Part shown: positions 8,474-17,534 of the stretch, one piece after another | How the letters are laid out: every line of letters begins with the position of its first letter | Position numbering within the stretch: the stretch's first letter is position 1 | NCBI GenBank assembly: GCA_036783645.1 | Contig: DAIPWT010000009.1 | Span: 9,118 to 73,117 of the forward strand | Source of the DNA: Gemmataceae bacterium | GTDB taxonomy: Bacteria; Planctomycetota; Planctomycetia; Gemmatales; Gemmataceae | DNA: 64,000 nt | Reading direction: 5' to 3' | Position numbers and translations under genes: made by a program | The notes under the pieces: generated by a model | What the model was told of the DNA's origin: nothing | Database searches by the model: none | The model's input: the letters and a program-made list of their open reading frames with translations, nothing else

Positions 8474-9374
8474 GGCCGGCCTCCTTTCGCCACGCCATAA
8501 TGCGGACTTTCGCCTCGCGCACGGCTTGGATGAGATTGGTTCGGCAATTCCGGTGCATCTCCCCGTCGGCGTCGTAGAGATTCAGCCCTGAAAGGGAGCG
8601 TATATGGTCGATATTTTCGTCCGTGTAGCGAGCGTAGTTTTGATCGTGGCCGATGAGATACGGGAAGACGCCGGCCCGGCGGATGCAGCGGTCGAACGGC
8701 TGTTCGGTGTCGGGATAGCCGACCTGTTGCGGCCGCGCCTCGCCGGACTCCCAGTAGCGCTCGAAGCTCCACGTCGCCCCGATGCGCCGCATTGTCGGCA
8801 TGTGGAGCATCGTGCAAGTGTGCGAGACGACGTTGCGCCAGCCGTTGGTATCCGGCCGTGGACTCATCTCGTAGCCGACGACGGGCTGGCCGGCGTCGCA
8901 CAGGCCGAGCAGCCATTCGACAAGGTCGCGCCGTCGCGGGAAGACGTCCGAATGCGAGCAGAGCAAGTACCGCGTGCGGCACAGGGCGAAGGCCAGGTCC
9001 ATCGCCGTGGTAACAGGCGCCGACGAGTGGGCATAGGCATGGGCGCGGACGTAATGGATTTCCACGTCGGGCCGACGGAGCGCCTCCAGAGTGCGGACGA
9101 CGGCCGGCGACGAACCCGTGTCAATGAGTAGGACGTAGGGCCGCACGGTTTGCAGGGCCAGCAGTTCCAGCAAGACGGGCAAGGTTTCCGGAGTTTCCAG
9201 ATGCGGTATTACCACGGTAACTTGATACTCCCACGGCTTACGGACGGCCGTACCTTCCCAGGGTCGTTGTCGGGCGCGGCAGGCAAACGGAGCGACGGCC
9301 GCTAGGGAGGATTCGTCGGCCTTGAGGATCGCCTCACGGGCGCGGGCCAAGGTGATGAGGTCGTTGCCAGGCAT
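8466..9374 (-). CDS. family-2 glycosyltransferase embedded in the head module
   Basis: VTVVIPHLETPETLPVLLELLALQT...LLIDTGSS...CSHSDVFP (GT-A fold, DxD-like SDV). Start set to ATG 9372-9374 (MPGNDL) because the longer ORF reads into the REP hairpin. Confidence 0.75.
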   Translation of the reverse strand: MPGNDLITLARAREAILKADESSLAAVAPFACRARQRPWEGTAVRKPWEYQVTVVIPHLETPETLPVLLELLALQTVRPYVLLIDTGSSPAVVRTLEALRRPDVEIHYVRAHAYAHSSAPVTTAMDLAFALCRTRYLLCSHSDVFPRRRDLVEWLLGLCDAGQPVVGYEMSPRPDTNGWRNVVSHTCTMLHMPTMRRIGATWSFERYWESGEARPQQVGYPDTEQPFDRCIRRAGVFPYLIGHDQNYARYTDENIDHIRSLSGLNLYDADGEMHRNCRTNLIQAVREAKVRIMAWRKEAGRG

Positions 9375-9391
9375 TATTTTCTCCACGGTTC

Positions 9392-9457
9392 GTACAAGCC
9401 CTGAGCGCAAGCGAGGGGTTTTCGTTTTCCCCCTCGCTTGCGCTCGGGGCTTGTAGC
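9392..9457. repeat. REP-like palindrome, family GTACAAGCC(Y)GAGCGCAAGCGAGGG
   Basis: GTACAAGCCCTGAGCGCAAGCGAGGGG...CCCCTCGCTTGCGCTCGGGGCTTGTAG. Related copies at 39241-39296 and 44936-44997. Confidence 0.8.
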
Positions 9458-9463
9458 GCTAGA

Positions 9464-9922
9464 TCAGGTGGTCACCTGCTGGCTGACCACCGAAACATCG
9501 TTGTTGACGCTGTTGGGTTTGTGAATGGCTTCGCCGGTCAATGGTACGCAGACCACCGGGATGGTGGGCGTCGTACCGCCGATGGTGAAGACCACGCTGG
9601 CCCGGACGTAGCGTTTGCCGGCCCCGAGTTGATCGGCGCGGACTTCGCTGGTGCCGATGCTGCTCGCGGCGGCGACGGTTAGCGCACTTACCGTACCGTT
9701 ATTGGTCCAGGTTGCGCCGTCGGGCGATTCCTGGACGGTCAACACGGCTGCGCACGTCGGGCTGGTGCCGCCGAAGACGCCGAGGTCGAGGACGAAGAGA
9801 CAGCGATGGACCAGCGCCAGGTCCACCTTGCCGGTGGTGAGCGTGGTGGTCGAGGTCAGTTGCTGGGCGTGGATCGGCGCGCCGCCGATGGCCAACGCTT
9901 GGGTCAGATGTTCGGTGTACAT
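9464..9922 (-). CDS. hypothetical phage structural protein (candidate capsid accessory/decoration protein by position)
   Basis: 152 aa, Thr/Gly/Val-rich beta-type composition, directly downstream of the capsid gene. No recognisable motif. Confidence 0.45.
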   Translation of the reverse strand: MYTEHLTQALAIGGAPIHAQQLTSTTTLTTGKVDLALVHRCLFVLDLGVFGGTSPTCAAVLTVQESPDGATWTNNGTVSALTVAAASSIGTSEVRADQLGAGKRYVRASVVFTIGGTTPTIPVVCVPLTGEAIHKPNSVNNDVSVVSQQVTT

Positions 9923-9950
9923 GGATGCTCCTTTATAAAGATAAGCGGAG

Positions 9951-10009
9951 TATTATAAGTCCTATAGGTCCTATAGGACCTATAAGTCCTATAAGACTAA
10001 TGAAACCCC
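9951..10009. repeat. A/T-rich palindromic array of 9-bp units, copy 3
   Basis: TATTATAAGTCCTATAGGTCCTATAGGACCTATAAGTCCTATAAGACTA, between the capsid gene stop and the next gene. Confidence 0.85.
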
Positions 10010-10023
10010 GCCCGCCAGGGTAA

Positions 10024-11340
10024 TCAGTTCAACGCCACAAACGGCGAAACCTGCGTCACGCCGTCCTGCAAAGTCACGGGCTTATCCAACCACGGCTGGC
10101 CGTCCACGCGCTCGACCACGCGCCACGTCATCTGGTTCTTGAGGAAGTTGACGTGTTCCGACGCTGCGATCTCGATCTGCATCCGGTCGCCCACGATGTA
10201 GAAACTCGGGTCGAGCAGCATCACGTCGCCCTTCGTGCCGAGGGCCGGCACCTTCTCCGTGGGAAACACCGGCCGGCCGAGCAGGCTCCAGTTCGGCGAC
10301 TTCGTCGCTCCCTGATCGATGCTGATGAAGATCGCCCGGTTGGCGCCGTCCTTGAGCTGCAACAGCTGCGGCACCACGCTGGGGCTACAAGTCCAAATCG
10401 CTTTGCCCCAAGAGATAGGCAGCAGCTTGGCCCACATGCCGGCCACGTCGGCGTACTGCACCTGGTTGGCCGTCTGCCGGGTCTGGCTGACCGTGGCCGC
10501 GGCGCCGAGCATTCCTTGCGGTTTGCCGGCCCCGTTGCCCTGCAAAAAGGCGTACTCCTCGAACCACGCCAGCGACTTGGCGAACAGCGTCATCAGGAAC
10601 TTTTCCAGGCCGATCACGCTGTCCTGCAACAGCACATTGCTGGACACCGAATATCCGGAAAGCTCCCACGCCTTCAGGTCGAGCTGCTTGAACTGCGGCT
10701 CCGTCTCGGTGCGCGTCTGCGACTCGGCGGTCCAGTACATCTGCACGCCGCCGAAGAACGGGCTGACGCCGGCCGCCTGCACCGTACTCGCGTCGAGGTA
10801 GGGGATCTGCATGGTGGAACTCGCCATCGGCACGACGAAGGCGCGCTGACGGACGAAGGTTTCTTCCGCCATGATCGACATCAATTGTTGGTAGAAGTCC
10901 GGCGGCACGGTATAGCCGCCGGTGACGCCGGACGCCTCGGCCAGGGCGGCCTTGCCGGCGTACTCGACGAAACGGCTGCCGTAGTGCTTTTCGAGGTAGT
11001 TGCGGTCGCCGCGGGCCACGGCCAAGGCCCAGTCGCCGAAGGTTTTGCCATGCGGATCGCCGTCGCCGCCAGAGCCGAACAGAACCGGCGCGGCGTTTTT
11101 GCGCGACAGCGAGCGGGCGTCGGCGAAGACTTTCAGCGATTGGTTGACGGCCGCGTCGATGCTCTGGGATTGGCGGGCGAGGGCGGCGTCGAGAGCGCGG
11201 GTGACGGCGGGGCCGATGAGATCGTCGTCCACGGCGACGGCGGTTTGCTGTTGGATGAGGTGCTGGGCGTCGGTCTCGGAAACGTCGATGCGTTCACCGG
11301 CGGCGCGGCCGAGGAACGACTTTTTCAGTTCGACAAACAT
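10024..11340 (-). CDS. HK97-fold phage major capsid protein with a roughly 110-aa helical N-terminal (delta-domain-like) extension
   Basis: GGYTVPPDFYQQLMSIMAEETFVRQRAFVVPMASSTMQIPYLD and downstream blocks match the Phage_capsid (HK97 gp5-like) pattern. 438 aa. Confidence 0.88.
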   Translation of the reverse strand: MFVELKKSFLGRAAGERIDVSETDAQHLIQQQTAVAVDDDLIGPAVTRALDAALARQSQSIDAAVNQSLKVFADARSLSRKNAAPVLFGSGGDGDPHGKTFGDWALAVARGDRNYLEKHYGSRFVEYAGKAALAEASGVTGGYTVPPDFYQQLMSIMAEETFVRQRAFVVPMASSTMQIPYLDASTVQAAGVSPFFGGVQMYWTAESQTRTETEPQFKQLDLKAWELSGYSVSSNVLLQDSVIGLEKFLMTLFAKSLAWFEEYAFLQGNGAGKPQGMLGAAATVSQTRQTANQVQYADVAGMWAKLLPISWGKAIWTCSPSVVPQLLQLKDGANRAIFISIDQGATKSPNWSLLGRPVFPTEKVPALGTKGDVMLLDPSFYIVGDRMQIEIAASEHVNFLKNQMTWRVVERVDGQPWLDKPVTLQDGVTQVSPFVALN

Positions 11341-11597
11341 GATGATACCTCACGGTGGGTCCACGGATCGAAGGCGCGAACACGCTGGGGTCCGACCATC
11401 TCCGGGCCGCGGCGCTTGACGGCTTGGCGTCCGTCTCCGATGGCGATCCCTGATGGATTGAACGGGAAGAATGTAACATTTGTACACCTACCTTCCATAG
11501 CCTAATTTGGATGAATATGAGTGCCAATGAGGGTATCTCATCTTTTTGACAGGGAATTTGCGGATTTGAGGGGAACCGAGCGTGGGCAAGACCCACC

Positions 11598-11659
11598 AAT
11601 AGGACTTATAGGACCAATAGGACTTATAGGTCCTATTGGTCCTATAAGTCCTATTGGTC
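11598..11659. repeat. A/T-rich palindromic array of 9-bp units, copy 4
   Basis: AATAGGACTTATAGGACCAATAGGACTTATAGGTCCTATTGGTCCTATAAGTCCTATTGGTC, upstream of the capsid gene and downstream of the thioredoxin-like gene. Confidence 0.85.
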
Positions 11660-11680
11660 TTTTCGATGGGGCTAATCTTC

Positions 11681-12532
11681 TTACCGCTCCTTAATCTGCG
11701 TCAACCGCGTCTTGGCCGCTTCGGCCTGCGGCGTTCCGGGCCGCGCCTGCACCACCCATTCCAGGCAAAGGACGGCCTGCGCCGGCTTGTTCTTGAGCAT
11801 GAGGGCCTCCGCCATGTCGAGGTACATGGCGCCGAGACGATCCGTTAGAGTGTCGCAAGCCGCGCTCAGGACATCGGGATCGCTGCGGATTTGGGTTTCC
11901 AGCCGTTGCGCTTCGGCTCCTTCCGGCAAGTCGGAGTAATCGGCCCTCAGCGCTTTACAGCGCTCCAGGCATCCCAAAAACTGCTGTCTCTGGTAGTCGG
12001 CCCGCGCCAACGCCAGCAACCGGCCGGCGTTTCGCGTTCGTTCCTCGTCCATATTGAGTTTTTCTGGCGGCGGCGGCGCGCTGACCTGCACCGCCTGACG
12101 CAGCCCCGAATCGACGCGCGGCGGTACGCTGGCCAAGGCGCGTTGGGCGATTTGCGTAAACTCCGCCGCCTTAACGTAGCCGTCCTGCTTTCCCAGAACC
12201 TTGCCATTGGGATCCGCGAACACCAGCGTCGGGTAGGCGTTGATGCCGAGAGCCTGAGCAAGGCCGGCATCTTTCTCGCCGTCGAGACGGAGGGCAACGA
12301 AATGTTGGCACAGCAGCTTGACGACGGCCGGGTCGCGGAAGGTCGTCGCTTCGAGTTGGCGACACCAATGGCAATTTTGTGTGCTAAAGTCGATGACGAG
12401 CGGCAGGTTTTTATCATGCGCTTCACGGCGGGCGGCGTTGTAATCGCTGAGCCAGACGATGCCTTGGGCGTGAACAGGCGCGGCGGCCAGCGCGAGGACG
12501 AGCGTGAGAGAGAGACGATATGGGAAAGTCAT
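11681..12532 (-). CDS. secreted thioredoxin-fold protein (CxxC) with a helical TPR-like C-terminal domain
   Basis: Signal peptide MTFPYRLSLTLVLALAAAPVHA from ATG 12530-12532. DFSTQNCHWCRQLE active-site motif. C-terminal helical repeats. Confidence 0.75.
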   Translation of the reverse strand: MTFPYRLSLTLVLALAAAPVHAQGIVWLSDYNAARREAHDKNLPLVIDFSTQNCHWCRQLEATTFRDPAVVKLLCQHFVALRLDGEKDAGLAQALGINAYPTLVFADPNGKVLGKQDGYVKAAEFTQIAQRALASVPPRVDSGLRQAVQVSAPPPPEKLNMDEERTRNAGRLLALARADYQRQQFLGCLERCKALRADYSDLPEGAEAQRLETQIRSDPDVLSAACDTLTDRLGAMYLDMAEALMLKNKPAQAVLCLEWVVQARPGTPQAEAAKTRLTQIKER

Positions 12533-12622
12533 GGATCGATCCTTCTTCCTTGATGGATCTACGAATGACATGGCGATGACAGGGCGGACCCTTTTAGGCG
12601 AAGGGCGTCGCGGTGTCAAGGC

Positions 12623-12677
12623 GTGGGGCAGGTTTCTAACCTGCCAATTCGGAAGGCAGGTTAGAAACCTGCCCCAC
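12623..12677. repeat. palindromic hairpin (GTGGGGCAGGTTTCTAACCTGCC arms)
   Basis: Perfect inverted repeat with a 9-nt loop, at the 3' end of the small membrane protein gene. Confidence 0.8.
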
Positions 12678-12975
12678 GGCGCGTAAAGTCATTCGACCCC
12701 GGCGCGGGCGGTTCATCTTCCGACTCCTCGGCGCGCTGACGCAGCTCATCCTCTTCGCGGTCGCCGGCCGTTTGTTGCAGCATGGATCGGCCCCATAGGA
12801 GATAGTGAATTGCCCCGAAGAGGAAGATGGCCGCGGCGACCCCGATCACGTAGACGGCCCAGCCGCCCGTCGCCACTACCAGCAGCAGCGCGAAAAAGCC
12901 GGCGACCATCGCCGCCATCATTAGCGACAAACAAGTTCCCCGTTGTCGCCCTTCCGGGTTTTCGCTCGGTTCCAT
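12661..12975 (-). CDS. small membrane protein (two TM helices, acidic tail)
   Basis: From ATG 12973-12975: LSLMMAAMVAGFFALLLVVATGGWAVYVIGVAAAIFLFGAIHYLLW, then a Glu/Asp-rich tail. Confidence 0.4.
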   Translation of the reverse strand: MEPSENPEGRQRGTCLSLMMAAMVAGFFALLLVVATGGWAVYVIGVAAAIFLFGAIHYLLWGRSMLQQTAGDREEDELRQRAEESEDEPPAPGSNDFTRRGAGF

Positions 12976-13013
12976 GATTTGTCCTCCCGCGCTCCCCTCC
13001 TTATACCGCCATA

Positions 13014-13400
13014 TTACCAGTCTCCAATTAGGCAGTGCTTGCCGCCCGAGAGCGGGAAATACCAGATGCAGGTGACCTTCCCCCGTTTCGAGCCGACCCT
13101 GACGCGACAATCGAAGTCCTCGCACTTTGAATCATCACCCAACGCTCCGGACGCTATACATCGCGCACCCCGCAACCGCTCCCGGACTTTTTTCATGTCG
13201 TCGCCGATCCGGACGCAATCGGTCAGCGCGACGATCTTTTCGTGATCAGTGTTGTTGTTTAGTATGATCGCATCAATCCGTGCGCACCAATCAACGACAA
13301 TGGCCCCATCTAGCTCGCCGCTCGACTCGTTGGGCGAAGCGCGGAGAAGCAGGGGGAAAGCGAGGAACACGACGACGACGGTAAAGCCAACATTGGTCAT
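13014..13400 (-). CDS. small secreted Cys-containing hypothetical protein
   Basis: Signal-like MTNVGFTVVVVFLAFPLLLRA from ATG 13398-13400. Locally A/T-richer sequence. Confidence 0.4.
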   Translation of the reverse strand: MTNVGFTVVVVFLAFPLLLRASPNESSGELDGAIVVDWCARIDAIILNNNTDHEKIVALTDCVRIGDDMKKVRERLRGARCIASGALGDDSKCEDFDCRVRVGSKRGKVTCIWYFPLSGGKHCLIGDW

Positions 13401-13606
13401 GTATTTCCTACCGTACCAGAGCGATCTGTCAGCGGGACAAGGGCGGGACAAGGATTGACACGCCCCTATGGTCGCTGGGAGAAGGGCTGGGGTCAACACT
13501 GAATATGCCTCAACCCGCTGAGAGTCAGCCGCCTAAATGAGGCCTTCCCCTTGACCCCCGGCGCCGGCTGGGGGAACATGGGTGCATCTTCTTCGGGGAC
13601 GGATTC

Positions 13607-14122
13607 ATGTGGCGGCTGCTTCGGATAGCAACTATCGTGACGCTCCTTGGACTGGCCGCCGGCGCAGCGGTCCTGTTGTTCCTCGTCTACACCTGCCCTT
13701 ACCCTCCCGATCATGTATGCTTCGTTATCACCAACGTCCCGGATGACGCCCGGTTCCTCTGCCTTCTCAGCGACTCGCAAGGCCGGATGAGGCCGATGCA
13801 GTGGTACGTCGGCGAAATGCTCCAAAAGCCTGCCAAAGTAGCGCCCAAGCCTTATTCTTTCGACTATGGCCGGAATGAACACGCCAGCGCCGGATTCGTC
13901 GCATGGGAGATAGGCGACCGCTACGGCGTAGCGGTGAAAAGTGCCAGCGGGACGTGGCAGGTCTTTTGGCTTCCGGCAGCGCAAGTGCCACTGGAAGGAC
14001 GGTCGGTCATCTTCGGAGGCGGCACAATAAGAATTGACTTGTCCAAAGTCGTCGCGCAGCCGCTAAGTGACGACGCGGCGAATGCACTAGGCTTACAACA
14101 AATAAGCGAGCCGCATAAGTAG
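13607..14122 (+). CDS. membrane-anchored hypothetical protein
   Basis: N-terminal TM LLRIATIVTLLGLAAGAAVLLFLV. 171 aa, no motif recognised. Confidence 0.45.
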   Translation: MWRLLRIATIVTLLGLAAGAAVLLFLVYTCPYPPDHVCFVITNVPDDARFLCLLSDSQGRMRPMQWYVGEMLQKPAKVAPKPYSFDYGRNEHASAGFVAWEIGDRYGVAVKSASGTWQVFWLPAAQVPLEGRSVIFGGGTIRIDLSKVVAQPLSDDAANALGLQQISEPHK

Positions 14123-14294
14123 CCAAAGGACACGCCATTCGGAAGTTTATAGGCAACCGTCCAGCGCGGTTTATAAGCGAAGCACTCCTATATAGATACC
14201 CGCCCCAGCCGCTTGACGCCCGCATTGGCCGGTGAGACAATTCCCCATGTTGGACCATTGTTCTTGTCTCGCCCTCTCCAGGAGATCCCACGCC

Positions 14295-15782
14295 GTGACC
14301 ACAGCGACCCTAAAAAAGCCCCAGACCGTCAAGCCGCCGCAGGTCAAGGACCAACCCTTGTTCATCGGCGGCAAATGGCTCGACAGCGTTTCCGGCAAAA
14401 CCTTCGCCACCGTCAACCCCTCCACCGGCAAAACCATCTGCCAAGTCGCCGAGGGCGATAAGGCCGACGTTGATCTCGCCGTCAAGGCCGCCCGCAAGGC
14501 GTTCGAGGAAGGCTCCTGGCCCAAGACCAGCGCCGCCGAGCGCGGCCGACTGCTCTACAAGCTGGCCGACCTTGTCGAACGACACGGCGAGGAGTTAGCC
14601 GCTCTGGAATCTCTCGATAACGGCAAGCCCTATCGCGATTCGCTCAACGCCGACCTGGCCCTGACCGTCAAGGCGTATCGATACTATGCCGGCTGGGCCG
14701 ACAAGAATCACGGCAAGACCATCCCCGTCGAAGGGCCGTACTTCTGCTATACGCGCCACGAACCCGTCGGCGTCATCGGCCAGATTATTCCGTGGAATTT
14801 CCCGCTGTTGATGATGGCGTGGAAGTGGGCGCCGGCTCTTGCTTGCGGCAATACGGTCGTCCTCAAGCCGGCCGAGCAGACGCCGTTGACGGCGCTGCGC
14901 GTGGCGGCTCTGGCCCAGGAAGCCGGCTTTCCCGACGGCGTGATAAACGTCGTGCCCGGCTACGGCCCCACCGCCGGCGCCGCCCTCACGTCACATATGG
15001 ACGTGGACAAGATCGCCTTCACCGGCGAAGGCAGCACCGGCCAGATCATCATGGAAGCGGCCGCGCGCAGCAATCTCAAGCGCGTCAGCCTGGAGCTGGG
15101 CGGCAAAAGCCCCAACATCGTCTTCGCCGACGCCGACATCGACGCGGCCGTCGAAGGCGCGTACTTCGGCCTCTTCTTCAACCAGGGCCAGTGCTGCTGC
15201 GCTGGAAGCCGGCTCTTCGTCGAGGAGAAGATCCACGACCAGTTCATCGAAAAGGTGCTGAAAAAGGCCAAATCGCAGAAGATCGGCGACCCATTCGACC
15301 CGGAGACGACGCAGGGGCCGCAGGTGTCGCAAGAGCAATGCGATCGCATCATGGGTTACATCGACGCGGGCAAAAAGGAGGGCGCGAAGCTGATGACCGG
15401 CGGCAAGCGCGTCGCCGGCCCCGGCTATTTCATCGAGCCGACGGTGTTCACGGACGTAAAAGACGAAATGAAGATCGCCAAAGAAGAAATCTTCGGGCCG
15501 GTGATGAACGTGCTGAAGTTTAAGGACGTGGACGAGGTGGTGAAGCGCGGCAACCAGACGTTTTACGGCTTGGCGGCGGCGGTCTGGACGCGCGACATCG
15601 GCAAGGCGCACCGGCTGGCCAACGGCCTTCGCGCGGGCACCGTGTGGGTGAACTGTTACGACGTATTCGACGCGGCCGCCCCGTTCGGCGGCTTCAAGAT
15701 GAGCGGCATCGGCCGCGAACTCGGCGAATACGCGCTGTCGTTGTACAGCGAGGTGAAGACAGTGTACGTGAATCTGGGGTAA
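14295..15782 (+). CDS. NAD(P)-dependent aldehyde dehydrogenase
   Basis: [28 protein letters not shown] and catalytic-Cys block GQCCCAGSR. Start placed at GTG 14295, 9 nt after AGGAG; an in-frame ATG at 14232 is the alternative. Confidence 0.9.
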   Translation: MTTATLKKPQTVKPPQVKDQPLFIGGKWLDSVSGKTFATVNPSTGKTICQVAEGDKADVDLAVKAARKAFEEGSWPKTSAAERGRLLYKLADLVERHGEELAALESLDNGKPYRDSLNADLALTVKAYRYYAGWADKNHGKTIPVEGPYFCYTRHEPVGVIGQIIPWNFPLLMMAWKWAPALACGNTVVLKPAEQTPLTALRVAALAQEAGFPDGVINVVPGYGPTAGAALTSHMDVDKIAFTGEGSTGQIIMEAAARSNLKRVSLELGGKSPNIVFADADIDAAVEGAYFGLFFNQGQCCCAGSRLFVEEKIHDQFIEKVLKKAKSQKIGDPFDPETTQGPQVSQEQCDRIMGYIDAGKKEGAKLMTGGKRVAGPGYFIEPTVFTDVKDEMKIAKEEIFGPVMNVLKFKDVDEVVKRGNQTFYGLAAAVWTRDIGKAHRLANGLRAGTVWVNCYDVFDAAAPFGGFKMSGIGRELGEYALSLYSEVKTVYVNLG

Positions 15783-15788
15783 GCATTC

Positions 15789-15851
15789 GTTTAGCCGCGA
15801 CCCGAAGGGGAGCGCGGGCGAAGAGCGCTCCCCTTCGGGTCACGGCTAAAC
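15789..15851. repeat. REP-like palindrome, same family as 2846-2908
   Basis: GTTTAGCCGCGACCCGAAGGGGAGCGC...GCGCTCCCCTTCGGGTCACGGCTAAAC, directly after the aldehyde dehydrogenase stop. Confidence 0.8.
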
Positions 15852-15928
15852 GATCTTTCCCCGCGCCGGCCGCCCTGCTATAAACCGCCGTGGGATGAAA
15901 GATCGAACTGATATACAGGAGGTGACCG

Positions 15929-16738
15929 ATGCGTCTCCAAGGGTTGGCCCTGACCGTTCTGCTTATGGCCGCGGCCCCGCTCGTCGCCCAAAGGCCGCAG
16001 ACGCCGCCCACGACTCCGACCGCACAGACCGCCCAGCCGGCCGCCGCCGATCCGCTCGACGGCTATCTCGAACGCTGGCAAAAGACGATGGAGCAAGTGC
16101 AAGCTCTCAGCGCTCAGATCAAGCGCACCGAGAAAGATCAAACCACCGACGTGGAAAAGCATTTCACCGGCTTCACGAAATACCTGCGCGTTGGCGCCGG
16201 CGCGACCACGCAGAACCTCGCCTTGCTCCAGATGACGCCGGACGGCAAAAAGGACTTTTCCGAGCGCTTCGTCTGCTCCGGCGCCCTTCTTTACGAGTTC
16301 CGCCAATCCGAGAAGGTGGTCATGGCCCACGAGCTTCCCAAGCCCAGGGCCGGTCAGGTGTCCGACGACAATTTCCTGTCGTTCCTCTTCGGCATGAAGA
16401 AGGAAGAGGCTCAGAAACGCTACGACCTCAAATTGACCAAGACCGATCAATTTTATCTCTACGTGGACATTCAGCCGCGTTTCGCCGCCGACAAAGTGGA
16501 CTTCAAACGGGCGCAGATCGTGCTGAACAAGGAGACGATGCTGCCGCGTCGGCTCTGGTTCGAGTCGCCCAATTCGACCCAAGTAACCTGGGACGTGGTT
16601 CAGATCAACAGCAACGACAAGACCATCGACCGCCGCGAGTTCGACGCGCCGACGCCGCCGGCGGGCTGGAAGATGACCCAGGCGCCGAAGGACGCCGATG
16701 TGACGCCGCGCGTGGCCCGGCCCAGCGGCGGCAACTGA
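15929..16738 (+). CDS. secreted LolA-like (outer-membrane lipoprotein carrier-like) protein
   Basis: Signal peptide MRLQGLALTVLLMAAAPLVA, Pro/Thr linker, about 200-aa beta-rich domain. Assignment by general resemblance only. Confidence 0.55.
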   Translation: MRLQGLALTVLLMAAAPLVAQRPQTPPTTPTAQTAQPAAADPLDGYLERWQKTMEQVQALSAQIKRTEKDQTTDVEKHFTGFTKYLRVGAGATTQNLALLQMTPDGKKDFSERFVCSGALLYEFRQSEKVVMAHELPKPRAGQVSDDNFLSFLFGMKKEEAQKRYDLKLTKTDQFYLYVDIQPRFAADKVDFKRAQIVLNKETMLPRRLWFESPNSTQVTWDVVQINSNDKTIDRREFDAPTPPAGWKMTQAPKDADVTPRVARPSGGN

Positions 16739-16873
16739 TTTGGCTAGTGGTTCGCCATAAGCGAGCTGCCAGGTCTTGTAGGGTGGGTCGAGTATTCGAC
16801 CCACCCTACGTGGGCGAGAAGAAGGGCGGAATCGCTCTGTCACCCTTGCTGCACCTTCAGCGATCCCCCTACA

Positions 16874-17338
16874 TCAACACATCGACACCTGCCGGCGGAT
16901 TCGAGCCCGCCACCTGCCGGCCCGTACTTTCAGAGTGTCTGGCGAAAGGCCGCGTTCGAGTGCAACCTCCGCATAGGTCTGACCGGCCGCGAGACGGCAC
17001 TCAACGTCCCATTCACCGGGCGACAAAATGCCCCGAACTTGGTCAACGGAGTCAGCTATTTCAATGGCCGACATCTCTTGTGCGCTGGAGGAGTGTAGTC
17101 TTCCGGGATAATGCAGCCGCAGCCGCCGATGCTTCTTGGCGCGATTCCACGGGATTCTGCCGAGCCGCTGGCGGCAGTCGTCGGAAAATGGGCTGTTCGA
17201 CTCGATTACCGCTAGGGTCTCGCTGAGGAATTCTTCCCGGCCGTACCCGAAATCGTCCACTCGGCCATAATGTGTTTGGCGGGCATGTTCCGCATAAAAC
17301 TGCCAGTGCGCAGGGAGCGATGACTCAGAAGTGGACAT
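16874..17338 (-). CDS. hypothetical protein with a C-terminal sigma-70 region-4/LuxR-like HTH
   Basis: LSPGEWDVECRLAAGQTYAEVALERGLSPDTLKVRAGRWRARIRRQ. Start at ATG 17336-17338. Confidence 0.45.
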   Translation of the reverse strand: MSTSESSLPAHWQFYAEHARQTHYGRVDDFGYGREEFLSETLAVIESNSPFSDDCRQRLGRIPWNRAKKHRRLRLHYPGRLHSSSAQEMSAIEIADSVDQVRGILSPGEWDVECRLAAGQTYAEVALERGLSPDTLKVRAGRWRARIRRQVSMC

Positions 17339-17534
17339 GACGGAACCTCTCGGTATGGTTTTGGAACGCGGCCTTTTGCCGCGCCAACCCTGCCAGCACC
17401 GTCGAGGATTAGCCAACCGAATCGAAGAACACGCTATGGCTCTTCGTCTCGGGCAATTCGGCAAGCCAAGTCGGTGCCAGCGCACCCGCCCAAAGCAGGT
17501 CTCTTATAGTATAGTGGCGAAGCGGACAAAGGGT

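Noticed and set aside
10153-11505. 450-aa plus-strand ORF opposite the capsid gene
   Set aside because: Arg/Gly/His/Leu-rich low-complexity translation with no motifs. This is a typical shadow ORF on the antisense of a GC-rich gene, and the minus-strand product has a clear HK97 capsid signature.
16880-16960. tRNA-like T-arm (GGCGGGCTCGAATCCGCC on the minus strand) as a possible island attachment site
   Set aside because: The loop is 8 nt rather than 7. No acceptor, anticodon or D arms can be folded around it, and it lies inside the 3' end of a protein-coding ORF.
15878-17226. Long overlapping ORFs 15878-16843 (-) and 15895-17226 (+)
   Set aside because: Both are Arg/Pro/Gly-rich antisense or out-of-frame readings across the LolA-like gene and the HTH gene. 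The chosen frames have signal peptides or HTH motifs and normal composition.
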